From contig RFHK01000021.1 of NCBI GenBank assembly GCA_003695825.1, positions 642 through 64,641 of the forward strand: a stretch of 64,000 bases of DNA, in the 5' to 3' direction. The position numbers were made by a program, and so were the translations under genes. Below, piece after piece: positions 53,679 through 61,990 of this stretch. Source of the stretch: Gammaproteobacteria bacterium. GTDB lineage: Bacteria; Pseudomonadota; Gammaproteobacteria; Thiohalobacterales; Thiohalobacteraceae. How positions within the stretch are numbered: position 1 is the stretch's first letter; each line of letters begins with the position of its first letter. Below the pieces are notes generated by a model that saw nothing but the letters and a program-made list of their open reading frames with translations, ran no database searches and had not been told where the DNA came from.

Positions 53679-54709
53679 TGCAGTTCCACACCTTCAGCTC
53701 CCCGCACGTGCACAACGGCAACTCGGTGCCCGCCGTGATGCGGGACGTCCTGCTGGCCGTCTCGCCCGGCGCGGCGCTGATGGTGTACTTCTTCGGCTGG
53801 GGGGTGTTCTTCAACCTCCTGATCAGCTCGGTGACGGCGGTCGCGGCCGAGGCGCTGGTGGTGAAGCTGCGCGGGCGCGAGGTCGGGCCGGTGCTCGCCG
53901 ATCACAGCGCCCTCGTCACCGCGGTCCTGCTGGCCCTCGCGCTGCCGCCCCTGGTCCCCTGGTGGGTGCCCTTCCTCGGGGCCCTGTTCGCCATCGTCCT
54001 GGCCAAGCACCTCTACGGTGGGCTGGGCTACAACCCGTTCAACCCCGCCATGGTGGGATTCGTGATGCTGCTCATCGCCTTTCCCAAACAGATGACCCTC
54101 TGGACGCCCCCGGCCGGCCTGGACCAGCAACGCCTGGACTTCACCGAAACCGCGGCCTGTATCTTCACCCACCGGCTGCCCGAGGGACTGGACTACGACG
54201 CCGTGACCCTGGCCACGCCCCTGGACAAGGTCAAGACGGATCTCGGCACCGGGCGCACCCTGCGCGAGATTCTCACCGCTCCCACCTTCGGCACCCTCGC
54301 CGGGGTGGGCTGGGAGTGGGCGAACCTCGCCTACCTGCTCGGTGGACTGTGGCTGATCCACCGCCGGCGGATCGCCTGGCAGATCCCGGCCGGCATGCTG
54401 GGCAGCCTCTTCCTGGTCTCGCTCGTCTTCTACGGGTACGACAGCGACAACTATGCCTCGCCGCTGTTCCACCTGCTGAGCGGCGCGGCCATGCTCGGTG
54501 CCTTCTTCATCGCCACCGACCCCGTGACCGCGGCGACCACCCCGCGCGGTCGGCTGTGGTATGGCGCGGGGATCGGCCTGATCGTCTACGTCATCCGCAC
54601 CTGGGGCGGCTACCCGGACGGGGTGGCCTTCGGGGTGCTGTTGATGAACATGGCCGCCCCCACCCTCGACCACTACACCCAGCCCCGGGTCTACGGAGCG
54701 CGGCGCTGA
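53678..54709 (+). CDS. rnfD: Rnf complex subunit D
   Basis: [37 protein letters not shown] (FMN-attachment region). 1-nt overlap with rnfC. Confidence 0.93.
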   Translation: MQFHTFSSPHVHNGNSVPAVMRDVLLAVSPGAALMVYFFGWGVFFNLLISSVTAVAAEALVVKLRGREVGPVLADHSALVTAVLLALALPPLVPWWVPFLGALFAIVLAKHLYGGLGYNPFNPAMVGFVMLLIAFPKQMTLWTPPAGLDQQRLDFTETAACIFTHRLPEGLDYDAVTLATPLDKVKTDLGTGRTLREILTAPTFGTLAGVGWEWANLAYLLGGLWLIHRRRIAWQIPAGMLGSLFLVSLVFYGYDSDNYASPLFHLLSGAAMLGAFFIATDPVTAATTPRGRLWYGAGIGLIVYVIRTWGGYPDGVAFGVLLMNMAAPTLDHYTQPRVYGARR

Positions 54710-55368
54710 TGCGCGGGTTCGCACGACAACTCCTCATCACCGCCCTGCTGCTGCTCGGCTTCGCCGTGATCGGCGTCGGGCTGGTGGCCGCCACCCACGA
54801 GGCCACGAAGGAGCGCATCGCCGAGAACCACCGCCGCATGCTGCTGCGCTTCATGAACCAGGTCCTGCCCCCCGAGCGCTACGACAACGACATCCTCCGG
54901 GACCGCGTCCAGGTCGTGGACCCGCGCCTGGCCCCGCACGGCGAGGCGGTCACTGTCTACCGCGCCCGCCGGCAGGGGCGCCCGGTCGCCGCCGTCTTCA
55001 CGACGGTGGCCCCCGACGGCTACAATGGGCGCATCGAGCTGCTCGTCGGCGTCGACGTCTCCGGGCGCGTCACGGGGGTACGTGTCGTCGACCACCACGA
55101 GACCCCCGGCCTGGGGGACGCGATCGACATCCGCAAGTCGCACTGGGTCGAGGAGTTCCGCGGCCGGCGCCTGGGAGACCCGCCCCTCAAGCGCTGGGCG
55201 GTCAAGAAGGACGGCGGGGTGTTCGACCAGTTCACGGGCGCCACCATCACGCCCCGCGCGGTGGTCAAGGCCGTACGCCACACCCTGCTGTACTTCCAGG
55301 AACACCGAAAGACGCTCTTCACCCTGCCCGTCCCCCGTGCGGGCGGAGGAACCGGAGAAGGCCCATGA
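54709..55368 (+). CDS. rnfG: Rnf complex subunit G
   Basis: N-terminal TM helix. [37 protein letters not shown] (FMN-binding motif). Confidence 0.9.
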   Translation: MRGFARQLLITALLLLGFAVIGVGLVAATHEATKERIAENHRRMLLRFMNQVLPPERYDNDILRDRVQVVDPRLAPHGEAVTVYRARRQGRPVAAVFTTVAPDGYNGRIELLVGVDVSGRVTGVRVVDHHETPGLGDAIDIRKSHWVEEFRGRRLGDPPLKRWAVKKDGGVFDQFTGATITPRAVVKAVRHTLLYFQEHRKTLFTLPVPRAGGGTGEGP

Positions 55369-56057
55369 CCACCACGGTCGACTACAAGCGTATCGCCATC
55401 GATGGGTTCTGGGACAACAACCCGGCCCTGGTGCAGCTGCTCGGCATGTGCCCCATGCTTGCCGTCACCTCCACCGCTGTCAACGGACTCGGGCTCGGGT
55501 TGGCGACCACGCTCACGCTGGTCCTCTCCAACGGCCTCGTCTCGCTGATCCGCAACATCGTGCGCCCCGAGGTCCGCATCCCGACCTTCGTGCTCATCAT
55601 CGCCTCGGTGGTGACGGTCATCGAGCTGCTGATGAACGCCTATGTGCACGAGCTCTACACCATCCTGGGCATCTTCGTGCCCCTGATCGTGACCAACTGC
55701 TCCATCATCGGCCGGGCCGAGGCCTTCGCTTCCAAGCATGCCCTGCTCCCGTCGCTCGTCGATGGCCTGACCATGGGGCTGGGATTCACCGCCGTGCTCT
55801 TCACGCTCGGCATGCTGCGCGAGTTCGTCGGCCAGGGTACGGTCTTCTCCCAGTTCCACCTGCTCTTCGGCGAGGCCGTGCGCGGCTGGAGCACGACCGT
55901 GCTCACGCACTACGAAGGTTTCCTCGTGGCCGTGCTGCCGCCCGGGGCCTTCTTCGGCCTGGGACTGTTGATCGCGCTGAAGAACCTCGTCGACGCCCGA
56001 CGTGCCCGACGCGCACACCGGCGGGCCGCACGGGCCGGTGCGCCGGCCGCCGCCTGA
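55365..56057 (+). CDS. rnfE: Rnf complex subunit E
   Basis: [38 protein letters not shown]. Confidence 0.93.
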   Translation: MTTTVDYKRIAIDGFWDNNPALVQLLGMCPMLAVTSTAVNGLGLGLATTLTLVLSNGLVSLIRNIVRPEVRIPTFVLIIASVVTVIELLMNAYVHELYTILGIFVPLIVTNCSIIGRAEAFASKHALLPSLVDGLTMGLGFTAVLFTLGMLREFVGQGTVFSQFHLLFGEAVRGWSTTVLTHYEGFLVAVLPPGAFFGLGLLIALKNLVDARRARRAHRRAARAGAPAAA

Positions 56058-56071
56058 GGCCTTGGCCGGGC

Positions 56072-56719
56072 ATGAACGCCGGGAAACGCCGGGAACTCTT
56101 CGCCCGCCTGCAGGCCGCCAATCCCCATCCCACCACGGAGCTCGAGTACGGCAACACCTTCCAGCTCCTGGTCGCCGTCATCCTCTCGGCACAGGCCACC
56201 GACAGGAGCGTCAACAAGGCCACCCGCGCGCTGTTTCGCAAGGTGAAAACCCCGTCGGATATGCTCGCGCTCGGCGAGGAAGGGCTGAAACGGCACATCC
56301 GCACCATCGGCCTGTACAACACCAAGGCGCGCAACCTCCTCCGCACGAGCCGCATCCTCCTGGAAAGGCACGGCGGCAAGGTTCCACGGGACAGAAAGGC
56401 GCTCGAGGCCCTGCCCGGCGTGGGGCGCAAGACGGCCAACGTGATTCTCAACACGGCCTTCGGGGAGCCCGTGATCGCCGTGGATACCCACATCTTTCGC
56501 GTCGCCAACCGGACCGGCCTGGCGCCCGGGAGAAACGTACGCGAGGTGGAGGAAAGGTTGCAGCGCCGGGTCCCTCCCGAGTACCGCAAGGACGCCCACC
56601 ACTGGCTGATCCTGCTGGGACGCTACGTCTGCACCGCCCGCAAGCCCCACTGCCGGCGCTGCCCGATCCAGGATCTCTGTGAGTACCGTCACAAAAACCT
56701 GCAGGACGAGCCGGGGTAG
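56072..56719 (+). CDS. nth: endonuclease III
   Basis: FQLLVAVILSAQATD..LPGVGRKTANVIL..VDTHIFRV.. and the C-terminal CTARKPHCRRCPIQDLC 4Fe-4S loop. Conserved rnf-nth linkage. Confidence 0.95.
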   Translation: MNAGKRRELFARLQAANPHPTTELEYGNTFQLLVAVILSAQATDRSVNKATRALFRKVKTPSDMLALGEEGLKRHIRTIGLYNTKARNLLRTSRILLERHGGKVPRDRKALEALPGVGRKTANVILNTAFGEPVIAVDTHIFRVANRTGLAPGRNVREVEERLQRRVPPEYRKDAHHWLILLGRYVCTARKPHCRRCPIQDLCEYRHKNLQDEPG

Positions 56720-56827
56720 GCTTGAAAACCCGGCAGATATGACCTTTACTGCAGCGAGGCCGAAACCTGGCCGGGTCCATCACGGGCAGGTGCCCGGCCA
56801 CAGACGGGGGGCATCACGGGGAAGACC

Positions 56828-57265
56828 ATGGAAGCGATCAGCGAAAAAGAACGGGTGCGCGAGGTCTACCTGCGCACCTGGGAGAAGTACCGTCAACAGT
56901 CGCCGCTGGATGGCATCGAGGAACAGGTGCTCGACGTCATTCTCTCCCATCCCGAGTACCACGCCCTGCTTTCGGACCGGGATCTGGCCCTGGCCTTCGA
57001 GGCCGATCCTTCAGGCGGCATCGAGAACCCGTTCCTGCACATGGGACTGCACCTCGCGATCCGGGAACAGATCAGCCTGGGGCGGCCACCGGAGGTACGC
57101 CGAACCTACCGCAGGCTGCTCCTGCAGCTGGGGGACGCCCATGAGGTGGAACACCAGATGATGCTCTGCCTCGCCGAGGCGCTCTGGGAGTACACCCAGG
57201 ACCCACGGGTGCAAGGGGAGATCGAACGGAGCTACCTCGACTGCCTTGCGCGGCTCGGAGACTGA
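56828..57265 (+). CDS. DUF1841-like protein
   Basis: 145 aa. ..HPEYHALL..ENPFLHMGLHLAIREQIS.. Family name is from memory. Confidence 0.65.
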   Translation: MEAISEKERVREVYLRTWEKYRQQSPLDGIEEQVLDVILSHPEYHALLSDRDLALAFEADPSGGIENPFLHMGLHLAIREQISLGRPPEVRRTYRRLLLQLGDAHEVEHQMMLCLAEALWEYTQDPRVQGEIERSYLDCLARLGD

Positions 57266-57385
57266 GCCCGTTCGATCCCGTCTCCGGGAACCATCCGCTG
57301 CAGGCGCTGTCCCATGAGCTGTACCGACCCAATGGTATGTTCCAGGGGTCGGCGTGTACCAACCAGGCAACACAAGGAGCACACC

Positions 57386-57820
57386 ATGTCCAGCAAGAAC
57401 CCGTCCCATACGCTCAGGACCGTCAACCTGGCGCTCGGCACCGCCTTCGCCGCCACCCTCTCCAGCACGACCGTGCTCGCGACCGAGAATCCCTTCGCCA
57501 GCCAGGAACTCGAGAGCGGATACCTGCTGGCCAGCCATGCGGAAGGCAAGTGCGGCGGTGCGATGAAGAAGACCGCCGAGGGCAAGTGCGGTGGCGAGAT
57601 GAAAGAGAAGATGAAGGAGGGAAAGTGCGGTGACAGGATGAAGAAGGCCGCCGAGGGCAAGTGCGGCGACAAGATGAAGACCATGAAGGAAGGCAAGTGC
57701 GGCGCCAAGATGAAGATGAAGGAAGGGAAATGTGGCGCCAAGGCCAAGGCAAAGAAGCTGAAGGAAGGCAAGTGCGGCGAGGGCAAGTGCGGCGCCAACC
57801 GGAGGAAGCACGCCCAGTGA
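57386..57820 (+). CDS. secreted Cys-repeat RiPP precursor candidate: Sec signal peptide plus 8x EGKCG repeats (HvfA / oxazolone-thioamide metallophore-like)
   Basis: AAGGAG RBS 6 nt before ATG 57386. MSSKNPSHTLRTVNLALGTAFAATLSSTTVLA signal. Core HAEGKCGG..AEGKCGG..KEGKCGD..AEGKCGD..KEGKCGA..KEGKCGA..KEGKCGEGKCGA with Met/Lys-rich linkers. Immediately precedes the DUF692 and DUF2063 genes. Confidence 0.75.
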   Translation: MSSKNPSHTLRTVNLALGTAFAATLSSTTVLATENPFASQELESGYLLASHAEGKCGGAMKKTAEGKCGGEMKEKMKEGKCGDRMKKAAEGKCGDKMKTMKEGKCGAKMKMKEGKCGAKAKAKKLKEGKCGEGKCGANRRKHAQ

Positions 57821-57833
57821 TCCGGAGGCGATC

Positions 57834-58703
57834 ATGACGCATCCCGATTGCCCCGTGCACGGGGCCGGCCTGGGTCTGCGGCGGGTCTTCATGGACCCGC
57901 TCGCAGACCAGGTGCCCGAAAGCATCGGTTTCTTCGAGGTCGCGCCGGAGAACTGGATCGGCATCGGGGGGGCGGCGGGTCGGCTGTTCCGGCAACTCAC
58001 CGAGCGTCACCCCTTCGTGCTCCATGGTCTCTCCCTCTCGATTGGGGGGCCCGGTCCGCTCGACGAACCCTTCCTGCACCGGCTCGCCCGGTTCATGGAC
58101 GAGCACGGGATCACCTGCTACACCGAGCACCTCAGTTACTGCAGCGACGACGGACACCTCTACGACCTCCTGCCCATCCCCTTCACCGAGGCCTCCGTCC
58201 ATTATGTCGCCGCGCGCATTCGTCGCGTGCAGGACCTCCTCGGCCGGCGCATCGCGATGGAAAATGCTTCCTTCTATACCTACGCGCCCGGCAGCGAGAT
58301 GAGCGAGATCGACTTCCTCAACGCCGTGCTCGAGGAGGCCGACTGCGGATTGCTGTTCGACGTCAACAACCTCTACGTCAACAGCGTCAACCACGGGTAC
58401 GATCCGCTCGACTTCCTGGACCGGATACCGGCGGAACGCATCTTCTACCTGCATGTCGCCGGGCACTACCGCGAGGACGAGGACCTGATCGTCGACACCC
58501 ACGGCGCGGACGTGATCGACCCGGTCTGGGCGCTGCTGGAGGAGACCTACCGCCGTTTCGGCGTGTTGCCCACCTTGCTCGAGCGCGACTTCAACATCCC
58601 TCCGCTGCAGACCCTGCTCGCGGAGGTCGAGCACATCCGCGCGCTCCAGCGGCGCTGGCAGGAACGTCCGGGTATGGAGGCTCGCCGCCATGCACGGGGA
58701 TGA
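57834..58703 (+). CDS. DUF692-family multinuclear non-heme iron oxidase (MbnB/HvfB-like) RiPP-modifying enzyme
   Basis: 289 aa. GLGLRR..FFEVAPENW..LHGLSLSIGG..YTEHLSY..IAMENASFY..LFDVNNLYVNSVNHG..YLHVAGH..VDTHG TIM-barrel signature of DUF692 proteins. Confidence 0.88.
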   Translation: MTHPDCPVHGAGLGLRRVFMDPLADQVPESIGFFEVAPENWIGIGGAAGRLFRQLTERHPFVLHGLSLSIGGPGPLDEPFLHRLARFMDEHGITCYTEHLSYCSDDGHLYDLLPIPFTEASVHYVAARIRRVQDLLGRRIAMENASFYTYAPGSEMSEIDFLNAVLEEADCGLLFDVNNLYVNSVNHGYDPLDFLDRIPAERIFYLHVAGHYREDEDLIVDTHGADVIDPVWALLEETYRRFGVLPTLLERDFNIPPLQTLLAEVEHIRALQRRWQERPGMEARRHARG

Positions 58704-59472
58704 ACGCCCCGCCTTCCAGAGGCACCAGTTCGCCTTCACCGCCCACCTGCGCGACCCCGAGCGGGTCCCGGTCCCTCCCGGGGTCGAGGAAAGGCGCATG
58801 GCGGTCTACCGCGAGCTCGTCTACAACAACATCGAGAGCTTCCTCGCCTCCGCCTTTCCGGTGCTACGCTCCATCGACAGCGACGCGGCCTGGCACCGTC
58901 GCGTGCGCCGCTTCCTGATCGACCACCGTGCCCGCTCGCCCTTCTTCGCCGACATCCCCCGCGAGTTCCTGCAGTACCTCGAACGGCAATACGAACCGCA
59001 GGAGGGGGATCCTCCTTTCCTGCTGGAACTCGCGCACTACGAATGGGTGGAACTGGCCCTCTCCGTGAGCGAGGAGACCCTGCCGGATCGGGTGAACGTG
59101 GATGCAACGGACCTGCTCGAACATCCCTTGCGCCTGTCTCCCCTGGCCTGGCCGCTGGCCTACACCTGGCCGGTGCACCGCATCGGGCCGGGTTCCATCC
59201 CGGATGCACCCGCCGGGGAACCGGTGCGACTCGTCGCCTGGCGCGACCGCGAAGACAAGGTGCGCTTTCTCCAGGTCAATGCCGCGAGTGCACGTCTGCT
59301 CGCACTGCTCGATGTACTTACCGATTCAACTCCAGCGATCGATGCCGTACGCGCACTCGCAAGAGAGCTCGATTACCGGGACGAGGATCACCTGGTCTCT
59401 TTCGCTTCCGAGCTGCTCCATTCCTGGTACGAAAAAGACATCCTCCTGCTCGGTCCCACGGGCTCGTCATGA
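58690..59472 (+). CDS. DUF2063-family partner protein (MbnC/HvfC-like)
   Basis: 260 aa. FQRHQFAFTAHLRDP..MAVYRELVYNNIESFL..FLLELAHYEWVELAL. Overlaps the DUF692 gene by 14 nt. Confidence 0.75.
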   Translation: MHGDERPAFQRHQFAFTAHLRDPERVPVPPGVEERRMAVYRELVYNNIESFLASAFPVLRSIDSDAAWHRRVRRFLIDHRARSPFFADIPREFLQYLERQYEPQEGDPPFLLELAHYEWVELALSVSEETLPDRVNVDATDLLEHPLRLSPLAWPLAYTWPVHRIGPGSIPDAPAGEPVRLVAWRDREDKVRFLQVNAASARLLALLDVLTDSTPAIDAVRALARELDYRDEDHLVSFASELLHSWYEKDILLLGPTGSS

Positions 59473-59566
59473 ACTGATTCACACCGAACCCCTGCTTTTC
59501 CAAGGAACTTCTTTCATACCTCCTGGTCTGTTTGCATAGATAAACCACCGCGCAACGGAGAGAGAG

Positions 59567-60031
59567 ATGCCCGAACCGATCGCCCTCGCTTGCCGCTTGA
59601 AAGGTTGGCTGGATGGTACTGGGGCCTATTTCTCGCTGCTCGGTCTACGCCTGTTCATCGCCTGGGAGTTCTGGGAATCCGGCATGACGAAGCTGCATGG
59701 TGAAAACTGGTTCTCCGAGATCCAGGGCGACTTCCCTTTCCCCTTCAACGTGATCCCGACCGACATCAGCTGGTTCATCGCCACCTGGACGGAACTCCTC
59801 GGGGCCCTGGCCATGGTACTGGGACTGGGCACGCGCTTTGCCGCCTTCGCCATGATCGTGCTCGACGTCGTCGCCTGGGTCTCCGTGCACGCCGGCAACG
59901 GCTACAACGTGTGCGACAACGGCTGGAAACTGCCCTTGATCTACCTGCTCATGCTGCTGGCATTGTTCTTCTCCGGTCCCGGCAAGCTGAGCCTGGACCA
60001 CTGGATCGCGCACCGTTACTGCAAGACCTGA
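59567..60031 (+). CDS. DoxX-family membrane protein
   Basis: 154 aa, 4 TM helices. LGLRLFIAWEFWESGMTKL..TELLGALAMVLGLGTRFAAF..FFSGPGKLSLDHW. Confidence 0.8.
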   Translation: MPEPIALACRLKGWLDGTGAYFSLLGLRLFIAWEFWESGMTKLHGENWFSEIQGDFPFPFNVIPTDISWFIATWTELLGALAMVLGLGTRFAAFAMIVLDVVAWVSVHAGNGYNVCDNGWKLPLIYLLMLLALFFSGPGKLSLDHWIAHRYCKT

Positions 60032-60139
60032 CACTGCACCACCTGCCTGGCCGACGGGCATTTTCCGACAACCTCGCCAGGCCTTCCGGCCACCCTCCTG
60101 CCACTGCCATCTCGATGGCAGAGAAATAAAATTTGATAT

Positions 60140-60164
60140 GCGAATGATATTTGTTATCATTCGC
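60140..60164. promoter_or_regulatory. perfect 10-5-10 inverted repeat GCGAATGATA-tttgt-TATCATTCGC with Fur-like half-sites, upstream of the porin-like gene
   Basis: Read directly in an AT-rich patch (aaataaaatttgatatgcgaatgatatttgttatcattcgc), 60 nt before ATG 60224. The operator role is inferred. Confidence 0.4.
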
Positions 60165-60223
60165 TTTCCACACTGCCCCTATCCATGCGAGCTTGGGAGT
60201 CGCCTTTCCTCAAGAAAATTCAC

Positions 60224-61321
60224 ATGGATGCTGGAAACCTATGTCGGTTGCTCTGGCTCCTGTTGCTGGTGGTCTCCGGCCCTTCCCTAGCCGACGAGAG
60301 AGACCGCCGGCACGGCGCGGTCTTGGATGGCATCACCGGTTTTCATGTCGAGAGTGCCGCAACCCTCACCTTTCAGCACGCCACCAGGGCGCCCGATCGG
60401 AATGAGGCCAGTATATCATTCGATCTCGTCCAGACCCTGCCGATGGGCAGAGGCCTGTGGACCCTCTACGTCGAAGGCTCGACCACGCCTCGGGCTGCAG
60501 GGGTGACTGCCACCTTCCCGGCGGCAAATGCCGACGTCGGCACGACACCCGATCACCGGGGACGTGGACGGCTGCAGGTCTCCGAACTGCACTATGGCAT
60601 GGAAACCTCGGACTGGCAGATCGTCACCGGGCTCATCGATGTCACTGCCCATCTCGATCTAAGCGAGGTCGCCAACAACGAGACGACGCAGTTCCTGGCC
60701 ACTCCCCTGGTCAACAATCCGACCATCGCCTTCCCGGACTATGTACCGGGCCTGGCCTGGCATCGCCATGCAAGAAAACACAAGCCCGGGATCGCCCTGG
60801 TGCTCGCCGGCTCACATGGACTCGCGGACAACGCCGGACACTATGCGCGCACCTTTCACCTGAACGCGCACGGCAAGGGCTTCTTCCTCGCTGCCGAACT
60901 GTACGGAAGACGGCAAACCAATGTCTGGCGCACCGGCCTGTGGATGCGAACCGATGCCCTGGTGCGCCGGGATGGCAGCGGCAACGGCCATGCGCGGGGG
61001 ATCTATGGCGTGTTCGACGCCATGCCTGGCGAGCACCTGAGGAGCAACCTACGTCTGGGTATCACCCTGGATGACGTCAGCAAGGCACGGGACTTCGCCA
61101 GCGCCGCGATCCTGCGGGAAAGTGGAGCACTCGCCCTGGGCGCAGGGTTGGCGCTGACCCGTCTTCATGGATCGAAAGACGAACGGCTGGTCGAAATTTT
61201 CGCGCGCTATCGGGTCAACAAGGCCCTGCAACTGGGGCCGCACATCCAATGGGTCGGTCAGCCCGAATCGCAGGGTCCCGATGGCTGGATCACGGGATTG
61301 CGGGTGCGCCTGACCCTATGA
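60224..61321 (+). CDS. secreted, probably outer-membrane beta-barrel (porin-like) protein, family not recognised
   Basis: Signal peptide MDAGNLCRLLWLLLLVVSGPSLA. Alternating-strand pattern, Gly/aromatic-rich turns, ends ..WITGLRVRLTL. Start at the second ATG (60224); the track start is 60185. Confidence 0.55.
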   Translation: MDAGNLCRLLWLLLLVVSGPSLADERDRRHGAVLDGITGFHVESAATLTFQHATRAPDRNEASISFDLVQTLPMGRGLWTLYVEGSTTPRAAGVTATFPAANADVGTTPDHRGRGRLQVSELHYGMETSDWQIVTGLIDVTAHLDLSEVANNETTQFLATPLVNNPTIAFPDYVPGLAWHRHARKHKPGIALVLAGSHGLADNAGHYARTFHLNAHGKGFFLAAELYGRRQTNVWRTGLWMRTDALVRRDGSGNGHARGIYGVFDAMPGEHLRSNLRLGITLDDVSKARDFASAAILRESGALALGAGLALTRLHGSKDERLVEIFARYRVNKALQLGPHIQWVGQPESQGPDGWITGLRVRLTL

Positions 61322-61363
61322 CCAGGATTCGTAGAGTTCGTCCAACCCGGGTCCTGGAGGTTG

Positions 61364-61750
61364 TCAACCTCTCTTGCCCAGCAGCTCGATCTGGTAACCA
61401 TCCGGGTCTTCCACGAACGCGATGATGGTAGTGCCGGCGTTCATGGGACCCGGCTCGCGGATGATCTTGCCGCCCCGTGCACGGATCGCCTCGGCCGCCT
61501 GGTAGACGTCGTCCACCTCGATGGCGATGTGCCCGAACCCGGTGCCGAGATCGTAGTGGTCGACGCCCCAGTTGTAGGTCAGCTCCAGCACGCAGCCCTC
61601 CGACTCGTCCCCGTAGCCGACGAAGGCCAGGGTGAACTTGCCCTCGGGATAGTCCTTGCGGCGCAGCAACTTCATGCCCAGCACCTCGGTATAGAAGGCG
61701 ATGGAACGCTCGAGGTCACCGACCCGGATCATGGTGTGCAGAATGCGCAT
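61364..61750 (-). CDS. gloA: lactoylglutathione lyase (glyoxalase I)
   Basis: [79 protein letters not shown]. Confidence 0.95.
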   Translation of the reverse strand: MRILHTMIRVGDLERSIAFYTEVLGMKLLRRKDYPEGKFTLAFVGYGDESEGCVLELTYNWGVDHYDLGTGFGHIAIEVDDVYQAAEAIRARGGKIIREPGPMNAGTTIIAFVEDPDGYQIELLGKRG

Positions 61751-61769
61751 CGCTTCACTCCTGAAAGCC

Positions 61770-61920
61770 TAAGGGAAGCTCTGATGAAATGGCTGCGGCG
61801 GTGTCTCGCTGTGTTGCGCGGTGCTCGGATGCTCGCCTATCTGCATGATAGGTCTCGCATCCTGCGCTCCGTGCGCCTTGCGCTCCAACCACCTCGCTCA
61901 TTGAATCAGAGCTTCCCTAA
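61770..61920. repeat. 22-nt imperfect inverted repeats (taagggaagctctgatgaaatg / cattgaatcagagcttccctaa) bracketing a 107-bp GC-rich palindromic core
   Basis: Read directly. Arms at 61770-61791 and 61899-61920, with about 20 of 22 complementary. The inner hairpin is ggatgc..ctat/atag..gcatcc. Lies in the argG-gloA spacer. Confidence 0.7.
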
Positions 61921-61990
61921 CTTCTGACCTCTGACTTCTGACTTCTGACTTCTAGCTTCTAGCTCCCAGCTCCCAGCTCCTAGCTTCCTT
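61921..61990. repeat. heptanucleotide tandem array (cttctga cctctga cttctga cttctga cttctag cttctag ctcccag ctcccag ctcctag cttcctt)
   Basis: Read directly. Exact period 7 over 10 units. The argG TAG stop (61980-61982) lies in the CTCCTAG unit. Confidence 0.9.

Noticed and set aside
57011-58799. Minus-strand ORFs with striking PHLPS / TCLP repeats (57232-57798, 57011-58000, 57423-58799)
   Set aside because: These are the reverse-complement reading of the EGKCG repeat gene and the DUF692 gene. The plus-strand gene has an RBS, a signal peptide and operon context, so the antisense repeats are mirror artefacts.
60104-60121. Hairpin ctgccat-ctcg-atggcag after the DoxX gene as a rho-independent terminator
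   Set aside because: The 7-bp stem is real, but the downstream tract (agaaataaaattt) is A-rich rather than a U-run on the DoxX strand. It is too weak to annotate as a terminator.
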